In this document: positions 17,025 to 25,605 of the stretch, piece after piece | Layout of the letters: the number at the start of each line of letters is the position of its first letter | How positions within the stretch are numbered: the first letter of the stretch is position 1 | DNA from: an uncultured Iamiaceae bacterium | GTDB lineage: Bacteria; Actinomycetota; Acidimicrobiia; Acidimicrobiales; Iamiaceae | Reading direction: 5' to 3' | DNA: 27,919 nt | NCBI GenBank assembly: GCA_964510215.1 | Contig: CAZEAV010000001.1 | Span: 1-27,919, forward strand | Notes under the pieces: model-generated | What the model saw: the letters and a program-made list of their open reading frames with translations, nothing else | Told to the model about the DNA's origin: nothing | Databases searched by the model: none | Translations under genes and position numbers: made by a program

Positions 17025-18161
17025 GTGCGCAGAATCGTATTTGTCCTCGTCTGCTGCCTGTGCTTTGCGGTAGTGGCCTGCACGCCAGCAGGAAATAGCC
17101 AGCCGGCACCGGTGGTCACCAGCCGGGCAACAGGGTCTCTTGCAACTGGGGCCGAGGGCGATGACGGCAGCGGGGCGGCTCGGCAGCAACCGGGCGCGAC
17201 ATGCACCTTGTCACCGAAGCTCGTGCCTAGTTGCGGCGTCCTCTGGGGGATCGACCTCCCGTCCAGCACTGCTGCCGACTTCTTTGCCATGGGCGAGTTG
17301 GTTGGAAGGCCGTTCGACATCGACTACACCTATCACGATGTCAATGACGTCATTCCGACAGCCGAAGAGAAGGAAGTCGTCTCTCGGGGCGCAATCCTGC
17401 ACACGTCGATTGCCGCCCGCGACTTTGGCAACCCGGGTGCTGCCGTTACGTGGGCGCAAGTAGCACGTGGTGAGTTCGACTCAACCCTTTTTGCGCAAGC
17501 CCAAGGTATCGCTCGGCTTAAAGTCCCCGTCTTCGTGACCTTCGAACAAGAGGCGAGTCAAAAAAAGAAGTTCGGACGGTTGGGAGACGGGGCGGACTTT
17601 CGCGCAGCATGGCGGCATCTCTACCGGCTCTATGAGAGAGCTGGCGCGCATAACGCTGTCTGGGTATGGGTGATGACCGGAGGGCGTGATAACTTGCGGA
17701 ACGCGGCCCGCCTGTGGCCTGGCAACAAGTTCGTCGACTGGATCAGCTGGAACGTCTACAACACTTCTGGGTGCAGGAACGGCCGGATAACCTTGGCCAA
17801 GAAGGTGTCCTTCGGAGAAAAGATGACGATATTCTACGATTGGGTGCATTCACAAGGGCCAAGACTGGGAATAGATACGAACAAGCCCATGATGATCAGT
17901 GAGACGGGATCAGCGCTTTATGCGGCAGATCCGGAGGTGACAGCGGACTGGTACGCGAAAATACCAAACGTTCTGGAACGGTATCCACAGATCAAGGCAG
18001 TCCAGTTGTGGAGCAGCTACACGGACATGTGCGATTACCGCATCACAAACAATGCAAAGGTGCTACAGGCCGTTAAGGAGGCGGGGCTCTCGTCCTGGGT
18101 CGACAGGCTAGATGTAGCGGGAGACAGAAACCATCGATCACCAACAGGTGGCGGCTCCTAG
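17025..18161 (+). CDS. GH26-like glycoside hydrolase, predicted lipoprotein
   Basis: Lipobox AVVA-C19. GH26-type motifs: TFEQE (putative acid/base), NAVWVW, WPGNKFVDWISWNVYN, PMMISETG (putative nucleophile). Confidence 0.8.
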   Translation: MRRIVFVLVCCLCFAVVACTPAGNSQPAPVVTSRATGSLATGAEGDDGSGAARQQPGATCTLSPKLVPSCGVLWGIDLPSSTAADFFAMGELVGRPFDIDYTYHDVNDVIPTAEEKEVVSRGAILHTSIAARDFGNPGAAVTWAQVARGEFDSTLFAQAQGIARLKVPVFVTFEQEASQKKKFGRLGDGADFRAAWRHLYRLYERAGAHNAVWVWVMTGGRDNLRNAARLWPGNKFVDWISWNVYNTSGCRNGRITLAKKVSFGEKMTIFYDWVHSQGPRLGIDTNKPMMISETGSALYAADPEVTADWYAKIPNVLERYPQIKAVQLWSSYTDMCDYRITNNAKVLQAVKEAGLSSWVDRLDVAGDRNHRSPTGGGS

Positions 18162-19066
18162 ATTCCTCTGTAAGGCCCTCCGTTCAACCGCAGCCTCAGC
18201 TTGTTCAATTCTGATCGCACATCCTGAGTTTGTTCTTCTATCTGATCTAGTTCGTGCGCAGGAACGCGAGTCCTCCACTGTTGTGACGCCTCGGCCGAAG
18301 ACCGCGAGAGGTTGTGGAGGCGATGCTCGTCGACCTCCTTGGGACGGCGGGGCCTCATGAGCTGCTCGATACGGTGTGGGTCGGCTTCCAACCCAAGTTC
18401 CTCTACCAGCCGACGCGCAGCACCGACCCCACCAACGGACAGTTCTTCGTGGCTCACCGTGATGACTCGATCATTGGCTCGCATGGGGCCGAGAGCCATG
18501 CGATGCAGAACCTGCCAAAAGGCCGCCATCGACGTAGCACGAGCTTGGCCGGCCAATGCGTCGCTGCATTCTACGGGCGGTTCCTTCAGAGGTTGTGGTG
18601 CCACGGGTAGGAGATCTGCCACCTCTCGGGTGTCGGGTCGCCACCCCATGCGGCGGTAGCTGGCCAGAACGGCAGCCGGATGTCTATAGACCACCACCAC
18701 CGTCGCCCCAGTCGTCCTCTGTATCGCCGGAACGGAGAGGAGAGCGAAGGGGTCCTTGATCACGACGCGGGTCCACGGCAACGGCGCCGCCCACTGGCGG
18801 TGTCCATAGCGTCCGTAGGTCCATGGATTCCTGCCCTTGTATGTGCGGGTCAGCAATCGCCGTTGCCGTGCTGTGGGATGAGTGATCCTCGACCAACCAG
18901 TCACGCTTCCACCCAGCCGGTACTGGCCCTGGTGAGGGTTCATGGGTTCACGACCCACTAGAGCCGTTCCTCGGCATGTCGCGAGAAGCCGTGCGAGCCA
19001 GGTTGTGCCGGACCGCGGCACTCCCGTGACGAGAATCGGACTGCGGTCGGGTTGTGGATCCTGCAC
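18158..19066 (-). CDS. Sulfotransferase family protein
   Basis: ILVTGVPRSGTTWL (5'-PSB), IKDP, VYRHPAAVLASY (3'-PB), SHEEL. Strong GAGGAGG RBS before GTG 19066. Confidence 0.88.
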   Translation of the reverse strand: MQDPQPDRSPILVTGVPRSGTTWLARLLATCRGTALVGREPMNPHQGQYRLGGSVTGWSRITHPTARQRRLLTRTYKGRNPWTYGRYGHRQWAAPLPWTRVVIKDPFALLSVPAIQRTTGATVVVVYRHPAAVLASYRRMGWRPDTREVADLLPVAPQPLKEPPVECSDALAGQARATSMAAFWQVLHRMALGPMRANDRVITVSHEELSVGGVGAARRLVEELGLEADPHRIEQLMRPRRPKEVDEHRLHNLSRSSAEASQQWRTRVPAHELDQIEEQTQDVRSELNKLRLRLNGGPYRGI

Positions 19067-19293
19067 GGCGCCTCCTCACGCATCGCCAGGGTAGGCAGTG
19101 GCCCTTGAGGCTCAGTGCCCCAAGGCCGGATCGGCGGCCCAGTTTTACTGGCTGGAGTTCGGTGGACGAATCTGGGGATTTCGCTTCCAAGAGGCCCGTC
19201 GACCGCTAGCGTCTTCCACAGGGTAATCGAGAAGCGGCTGCGGTGTCCGTGGAACCACTTAACGCACCAGCCAAATGACCATGAGGAACGACC

Positions 19294-22200
19294 ATGCGCA
19301 AGTCCTTGCTAGCGGCGATCACCGCCTTCGTTGTCGGCGTAGCACTTGCCTTGCAGCCCATGCTGCCGGCCGCAGCCGTGAACGCTCCCCTGGATCGGCT
19401 GGTGAGCACCACCCCAGGAACCAACACGCCGAACATCCTCAACGGTGCCACCCGAACGATCACCAAGGTCGGGTCGCGGATCGTCGCTGGAGGCACCTTC
19501 ACTAGCGTCGCGCCCCCGGGCGGGTCCACTGGTGTGTCTCGCGACTACGTCGTTGCCTTCGATGAGTCAAGCGGTGCGATTGAGGCTCAGTTCAACCCGA
19601 CCCTTGACGGCGCAGTGGAGTCGGTTGAGCCGGGACCGACTGATGACACCGTCTATGTGGGCGGCAACTTCAAGTCTGTCAATGGCACGGCGCAGCGAGG
19701 AGTCGCTCTGCTGGATCTCAAGACCGGCCAGCGTGTCCAAGGCTTCAATCCCGCCTCGATCACCGGTGGTGGCGTGACGACAGTGCGCTTGTCAGGCGGT
19801 CACCTTCTCGTTGCCGGAAAGTTCACGAAGGTGGGAGGCAAGGCGCATGCCGGCTTGGTCTCCTTGAATCCCACGACGGGTGCTGTGGAATCCTATGTAG
19901 ACCTTCAACTCGCCGGTCATCACAACTACCGGGGACAACCAGGCCAGGCCAAGGGCGGAGTCGGCGCAGTAGCCATGGACGTCACCCCGGACGGGTCGCG
20001 GATGACGGTTATCGGCAACTTCACGACCGTGAATGGAGAGCCGCGGGACCAGATCGCGATGATTGACCTGGGTCCGAACTCCGCGTCCCTGGATGAAAAC
20101 TGGTCGACGCTGGCATATTCAGCCGCGTGCTTCAACTGGGCGTTTGACACCTACATGAGAGCAGTGGACGTCTCGCCAGACGGCGACTACTTCGTCGTCA
20201 CAGCCACAGGTGGTAGCGGCACGAACAGTGATGGGACCAACTCTACGTGCGACTCCGCAGCCAGATTTGAGACCAATGCGACGGGAAGCAACATCCGCCC
20301 CACCTGGATCGACTACACGGGCCAGGACACGTTGACCGCTGTCGCCGTCACCTCTGCTGCGGTGTATGTGGGTGGCCACGAGCGGTGGATGAACAACTCC
20401 ACTGGGTACGACTACGCGGGCCAGGGGGCAGTGCCGCGGCCGGGGCTAGCTGCGTTGGACCCCAAGACGGGAGTGCCATTCTCGTGGAACGCGGCGCGGC
20501 ATCCTCGTGGTGTGGGGACCCAAGCGCTGTTCGCAACACCTAGCGGTCTCTATGAGGGTAGCGACACCGACTACATCGGCAATCGTAAGTACACGCGCCA
20601 GCGAATTGGATTTTTCCCGGTTTCAGGCGGCCAGACCGTGCCTGAGCCCAAGACGCCCTCCCTGCCTTCGGACGTGTATCTCGCGAGTCCGCTCTCTCAG
20701 GCCGCGGGCAACACGAACGTCCTCTTCCGCGTCAATGCTGGTGGGCCCGCCTTGGCGGCGTTGGACAGCGGCCCGGACTGGATGGCAGACCAGAGCGACA
20801 GCGATCCTGGCGCTGCCTTCCGCAACAGCGGGAGTTCCTCGTCCGCCTGGTCAAGCGGCGCATCGATGAGCACATCGGTCCCGGCGACGACGCCTAATGC
20901 GATCTTCGACTCGGAGCGGTACGACTCGGGGAGCAAGGGTGACGGGGGAGAGATGAAGTGGCATTTCCCGGTGACCCAGGGCACGAAGGTAGAGGTGCGA
21001 CTCTACTTCGCGAATAGGTACTCGGGAACGAGTCAGCCCGGCCAGCGGGTGTTTGATGTGGCACTCGATGGATCGACGGTGTTGCCGAACTACGACATCG
21101 TGGCGGACGTCGGTGACCAGACTGGAACGATGCAGCAGTTCGACATCGTCAGTGACGGAGAGGTCGACATCGACTTCACGCACGAGGTGGAAAACCCTCT
21201 GATCGATGGAATCGAGATCCTAAAACAGGGGGACGACGCGACTCCGCCCACAGCCGGACTCCTGGAGCGTAGCTTCGACGGAACCAGCGCTGGGCAGACT
21301 TCCCCCGTGACGACGGACGGTATTGACTGGTCCACGGTTCGAGGTTCGTTCGTCATTAACAATGAGCTCTTCTACGGATCCTCCGACGGATACCTGTACA
21401 AGCGCACGTTCGACGGCACGACATTCGGCCCAGCAATCAAGATCGACCCGTACGACGACCCAGACTGGTCCAACGTCAGCACCGGCTCGGGTCAGACGTA
21501 CCGAGGTGCGAAACCGGACGTCTACGGTCAGATGAACTCCGTCGCTGGCATGTTCTACCTCGACGGGAAGCTCTACTACTCGCGCTTAGGAAGTACCCAG
21601 CTCTATGCGCGTTGGTTCCAGCCAGAGAGCGGAATCATCGGCTCGGATACGTTCCGGGTCAGCGGTGGCGACTTCAGCAACACGGCAGGGATGTTCTACT
21701 CCAATGGGCACATCTACTTCGCTGACCGTAAGACCGGGGACCTCAAGCGAGTGGACTTCGACGGGACTTCGGTGGATGGGGCATCGCTCACCTCCGTGAG
21801 CGGACCCGGAATCGATGGCAACGACTGGGCTTCGCGGGGGCTGTTCCTGGCCGGTCCAGGACAACAGCCGAATCAGCCGCCGGTGGCAGCGTTTGAGGCG
21901 TCGTGCCAGCAGAATGTGTGTGATGTTGATGCGTCTGGGTCGTCGGATCCGGATGGGTCTGTGGCGTCGTATGCGTGGGAGTTCGGCGATGGTTCGGGTG
22001 GTGCCGGAAAGACGGCGTCTCACGCGTATTCGACCGCTGGTGATTACACCGTGAAGTTGACGGTCACGGATAATGATGGTGCCACTGCGTCGGTGTCGAA
22101 GCAGGTGACTCCAGCGGCTCCGCCGGAGAGCTCGATTGCGTACGTCGATGGCGCGCACTCGGGGACAGGCGCGTCGAAATCGAAGTCGGTGACCATTCCG

Positions 22201-23646
22201 GAGTCGGCGAGTCCTGGCGACACGATGGTGTTGTTCTTCACTCAGGCCAGCGACGCCACGTGGACTGGCGTGGGAGATGACTGGACTCAGGTCGGGACCT
22301 TCGAGAACGGCTCTATCCGGTCGACCGTCTGGACCAAGCCGGTGGTGACCGCTGATGTGGGTTCGAAGGTGACCTTGAGTGTGGACAAGTACACCAAGGG
22401 CGCGTTGTCGGTGAGTGTGTACTCAGGTGTTGATCCCACCGATGTGGTGGCGGCGCATGCGGGGGATAGCAGGACCGCCACCCATGTGACTCCGACCGTG
22501 ACGGCGGCGGCCGGCGATCTGGTGATCTCCTACTGGGCGGACAAGTCATCGGGTACGACGGAATGGTCGGCTCCAAAGGCTGTCACCGCGCGCGATACCG
22601 CGGTAGGGGCCGGGGCTGGTCGCTACAGCTTCTTGGTCGGTGACTCCGACCAGGCTGTCTCGGCAGGCGAGTACGGCGGGCTGACCGCAACCACGGATGC
22701 ACAGAGTGGCAAGGCAGCCATGTGGACCATCGCCCTCACCCCTGGCTCTGTTCCCAAGAATCAGCCGCCGGTGGCAGCGTTTGAGGCGTCGTGCCAGCAG
22801 AATGTGTGTGATGTTGATGCGTCTGGGTCGTCGGATCCGGATGGGTCTGTGGCGTCGTATGCGTGGGAGTTCGGCGATGGTTCGGGTGGTGCCGGAAAGA
22901 CGGCGTCTCACGCGTATTCGACCGCTGGTGATTACACCGTGAAGTTGACGGTCACGGATAATGATGGTGCCACTGCGTCGGTGTCGAAGCAGGTGACTCC
23001 AGCGGCTCCGCCGGAGAGCTCGATTGCGTACGTCGATGGCGCGCACTCGGGGACAGGCGCGTCGAAATCGAAGTCGGTGACCATTCCGGAGTCGGCGAGT
23101 CCTGGCGACACGATGGTGTTGTTCTTCACTCAGGCCAGCGACGCCACGTGGACTGGCGTGGGAGATGACTGGACTCAGGTCGGGACCTTCGAGAACGGCT
23201 CTATCCGGTCGACCGTCTGGACCAAGCCGGTGGTGACCGCTGATGTGGGTTCGAAGGTGACCTTGAGTGTGGACAAGTACACCAAGGGCGCGTTGTCGGT
23301 GAGTGTGTACTCAGGTGTTGATCCCACCGATGTGGTGGCGGCGCATGCGGGGGATAGCAGGACCGCCACCCATGTGACTCCGACCGTGACGGCGGCGGCC
23401 GGCGATCTGGTGATCTCCTACTGGGCGGACAAGTCATCGGGTACGACGGAATGGTCGGCTCCAAAGGCTGTCACCGCGCGCGATACCGCGGTAGGGGCCG
23501 GGGCTGGTCGCTACAGCTTCTTGGTCGGTGACTCCGACCAGGCTGTCTCGGCAGGCGAGTACGGCGGGCTGACCGCAACCACGGATGCACAGAGTGGCAA
23601 GGCAGCCATGTGGACCATCGCCCTCACCCCCGAGAGTGGAGCGTGA
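19294..23646 (+). CDS. Large secreted protein: beta-propeller-like repeats, malectin domain, 2x (PKD + beta-sandwich) modules
   Basis: Sec signal (..PAAA-VN). Repeated GGxF/GxF blades. Malectin motifs FRVNAGG, VRLYFA, RVFDVALDG, NPLIDGIEIL (about 20716-21225). PKD motifs DASGSSDPDGSVASYAWEFGDG..HAYSTAGDYTVKLTVTD twice. No C-terminal LPXTG or TM anchor. Confidence 0.9.
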   Translation: MRKSLLAAITAFVVGVALALQPMLPAAAVNAPLDRLVSTTPGTNTPNILNGATRTITKVGSRIVAGGTFTSVAPPGGSTGVSRDYVVAFDESSGAIEAQFNPTLDGAVESVEPGPTDDTVYVGGNFKSVNGTAQRGVALLDLKTGQRVQGFNPASITGGGVTTVRLSGGHLLVAGKFTKVGGKAHAGLVSLNPTTGAVESYVDLQLAGHHNYRGQPGQAKGGVGAVAMDVTPDGSRMTVIGNFTTVNGEPRDQIAMIDLGPNSASLDENWSTLAYSAACFNWAFDTYMRAVDVSPDGDYFVVTATGGSGTNSDGTNSTCDSAARFETNATGSNIRPTWIDYTGQDTLTAVAVTSAAVYVGGHERWMNNSTGYDYAGQGAVPRPGLAALDPKTGVPFSWNAARHPRGVGTQALFATPSGLYEGSDTDYIGNRKYTRQRIGFFPVSGGQTVPEPKTPSLPSDVYLASPLSQAAGNTNVLFRVNAGGPALAALDSGPDWMADQSDSDPGAAFRNSGSSSSAWSSGASMSTSVPATTPNAIFDSERYDSGSKGDGGEMKWHFPVTQGTKVEVRLYFANRYSGTSQPGQRVFDVALDGSTVLPNYDIVADVGDQTGTMQQFDIVSDGEVDIDFTHEVENPLIDGIEILKQGDDATPPTAGLLERSFDGTSAGQTSPVTTDGIDWSTVRGSFVINNELFYGSSDGYLYKRTFDGTTFGPAIKIDPYDDPDWSNVSTGSGQTYRGAKPDVYGQMNSVAGMFYLDGKLYYSRLGSTQLYARWFQPESGIIGSDTFRVSGGDFSNTAGMFYSNGHIYFADRKTGDLKRVDFDGTSVDGASLTSVSGPGIDGNDWASRGLFLAGPGQQPNQPPVAAFEASCQQNVCDVDASGSSDPDGSVASYAWEFGDGSGGAGKTASHAYSTAGDYTVKLTVTDNDGATASVSKQVTPAAPPESSIAYVDGAHSGTGASKSKSVTIPESASPGDTMVLFFTQASDATWTGVGDDWTQVGTFENGSIRSTVWTKPVVTADVGSKVTLSVDKYTKGALSVSVYSGVDPTDVVAAHAGDSRTATHVTPTVTAAAGDLVISYWADKSSGTTEWSAPKAVTARDTAVGAGAGRYSFLVGDSDQAVSAGEYGGLTATTDAQSGKAAMWTIALTPGSVPKNQPPVAAFEASCQQNVCDVDASGSSDPDGSVASYAWEFGDGSGGAGKTASHAYSTAGDYTVKLTVTDNDGATASVSKQVTPAAPPESSIAYVDGAHSGTGASKSKSVTIPESASPGDTMVLFFTQASDATWTGVGDDWTQVGTFENGSIRSTVWTKPVVTADVGSKVTLSVDKYTKGALSVSVYSGVDPTDVVAAHAGDSRTATHVTPTVTAAAGDLVISYWADKSSGTTEWSAPKAVTARDTAVGAGAGRYSFLVGDSDQAVSAGEYGGLTATTDAQSGKAAMWTIALTPESGA
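21871..22742 (+). repeat. 872-bp intragenic direct repeat, copy 1 (PKD + beta-sandwich module)
   Basis: Read against 22759-23630 by eye with no differences found; period 888 bp, matching the offsets of the duplicated shadow ORFs. Confidence 0.95.
22759..23630 (+). repeat. 872-bp intragenic direct repeat, copy 2
   Basis: Identical to 21871-22742; separated from it by a unique 16-bp in-frame spacer (22743-22758). Confidence 0.95.
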
Positions 23647-23759
23647 CGAGCAATGTTGGGGAATCACCTTCGGGCCGGGCGTACCGAACCTAGACTCAGT
23701 GTCAGAGCGACTCGAGGAATCTGCCGCGAGCGCAGGGCCAGCAACTGTGGGAGCCACAA

Positions 23760-24539
23760 GTGAGTACACCGGGATCTGCCAGGCCATGGTGGGGGGCCGC
23801 TCTCCTCGCTGTGGGGTTGGGCATTAGCGGCTGCAGTTCGCCGTCGGTCTCGTCTCAGGGGGCGTCGGAGCAGACGCAAGTGCCGTCGAGTCCGAAGGCT
23901 ACGTCAACGTCCACCCCGCAAGCGACGTCCGGTTCGGTCCATAGGGACTCGAGCAACGCGGAGTCGTCAAGTGCTGGCACTGCAACGCCAGACGCCACGC
24001 GTTCCGGCGAGTCTGAACCGAAGAAGTCGAAGGCGTCCAGCCAGCCGGCTCCCCACGTCGGTCAGAAGAAGAGCTCGAAGGACCGTGACAAGGCAACTCG
24101 CCAGCCAGTTGCTGACGTCGAGGGGACGGGCGGGACCCGGGGGCCAAACCAGCAGGCTCTTCTGAAATCGATCGCCGGCCCTTCATCAAGCACCTGCGTC
24201 ACTGTCAACAGCTCGCAACGTACGGTCCGCTCCGGGAGCATGGCAGCGAGCGACTTCGTCGAAGCCAGGAATCAGTTCAAGGCCCAGTCCAAGGCAAACA
24301 AAGCCGCCAAGGTGTACTTGGTATTCATCCCTGAACATGCCGGTAAGAATGCAACGCTGAAGGTCACTGTCACGTCCTCACAAGGCAAGTCGAAGACCGT
24401 GACATCCAAGAACGTGGGGAATGCCAACGGCTGGACCTACTATGGCGCGCGTGTACCCGTCGCAAGTCCTGGAGTCTGGCAGTTCAAGGCAACGGTGGGT
24501 TCCGACACGGGCTGTTTCCGCGTGAGTTTCGCTGGTTAG
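23760..24539 (+). CDS. Hypothetical lipoprotein with Ser/Thr/Lys-rich linker and C-terminal beta-rich domain
   Basis: Lipobox GISG-C25, GGGAG RBS, low-complexity linker, compact C-terminal domain with two Cys. Confidence 0.75.
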   Translation: MSTPGSARPWWGAALLAVGLGISGCSSPSVSSQGASEQTQVPSSPKATSTSTPQATSGSVHRDSSNAESSSAGTATPDATRSGESEPKKSKASSQPAPHVGQKKSSKDRDKATRQPVADVEGTGGTRGPNQQALLKSIAGPSSSTCVTVNSSQRTVRSGSMAASDFVEARNQFKAQSKANKAAKVYLVFIPEHAGKNATLKVTVTSSQGKSKTVTSKNVGNANGWTYYGARVPVASPGVWQFKATVGSDTGCFRVSFAG

Positions 24540-24608
24540 CGTGTAAGGGGTAACGTTGGTAGACGTGGAAGACATGATGGGTGGCCACGGCAAACGTGGC
24601 GCCCAGGG

Positions 24609-25526
24609 GTGAGCAACGTGCCACGAGTGCTCTATATCGCTGGAGCTGAACGATCTGGAACAACCATCTTGGGCAATGTTTTGGCGACTGCACCAGGAGT
24701 GGAGCACGTCGGCGAGTTGGAGTATCTGGGGAAACCACGTGATATCGCAGGGCAGCAGTGTGGTTGCTCCCACTCCCTCGTGGAGTGTCCCTTTTGGAAA
24801 GAGGTCGTTGCGACGGCTGATATTGATTTGGCGCGGTGGCAGCGGCTGCGGAAGTCAACAACCAGAATTCGGCACGCTCCGCGCATTCTTTATGACCTCA
24901 AGCGCCATGGCCGAACATTTGAGTACGCCCAACTGCTCGATCGACTCTACTCGGCTGTGGGGAACCAAGGTGTGAGTGTCGTTGTCGACAGCAGCAAACG
25001 CGCCGGTGGAGCGTTGAGCGCGATCGCGGCTCCCGGAGCCGAGACGTCGGTCATACACATAGTGCGCGACCCAAGGGCCGTTGCGTACTCTCGCGCAAAG
25101 CGCACGAAGCGTCATGGCGCACATGGCGAAGGTGCCGAACTCGTTAGGCGATCCGTATTAGAGACGTCGCGTCAATGGCTAGCGTGCAACACTGAGATCG
25201 AATTGGTCCGACGGTTGGCAGTTCCCGAGGGGCGATTTCTTCGCGTCCGTTATGAAGATCTTATGTCCGATCCGAAGAAGAAATTCTTCGAAATTGCAAC
25301 ATGGCTCGGAATCAACCAAGAGAGCCTCGCGTTCCATAGCAGAAGCGGTGTTTCTTTGCGTCAGACGCACACGGTGAAAGGTAACCCCATTCGGTTCTCG
25401 ACCGGTGACACACAGTTGACTCTCGATGAGGAGTGGCGAACTGGGCTGAGCCGCAAGGATCGTGCCTCATGTGCCTCCGTTTGCTTGCCGCTGATGATCC
25501 GATATGGGTATAAGGTCGGGGCCTGA
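24609..25526 (+). CDS. Sulfotransferase family protein (paralog of the N-terminal domain at 12133)
   Basis: YIAGAERSGTT, VGEL, CGCx5CPFW, VVDSSK, IVRDPRAVAYS, VRYEDL, HTVKGNPIRF, DEEWR. Confidence 0.9.
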   Translation: MSNVPRVLYIAGAERSGTTILGNVLATAPGVEHVGELEYLGKPRDIAGQQCGCSHSLVECPFWKEVVATADIDLARWQRLRKSTTRIRHAPRILYDLKRHGRTFEYAQLLDRLYSAVGNQGVSVVVDSSKRAGGALSAIAAPGAETSVIHIVRDPRAVAYSRAKRTKRHGAHGEGAELVRRSVLETSRQWLACNTEIELVRRLAVPEGRFLRVRYEDLMSDPKKKFFEIATWLGINQESLAFHSRSGVSLRQTHTVKGNPIRFSTGDTQLTLDEEWRTGLSRKDRASCASVCLPLMIRYGYKVGA

Positions 25527-25605
25527 TCTGAGTGTGAGTGAACGACTTTCGGAAGTTCGATAGAAAACCTGCGCCGATGTCCCTGAGGGCCCTAACATCC
25601 GGATT

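Noticed and set aside
21940-21955. TCGGATCCGG resembling the IS end, also in the second PKD copy
   Set aside because: Explained by the conserved SDPDG codons of the PKD domain; no CTNAG flank.
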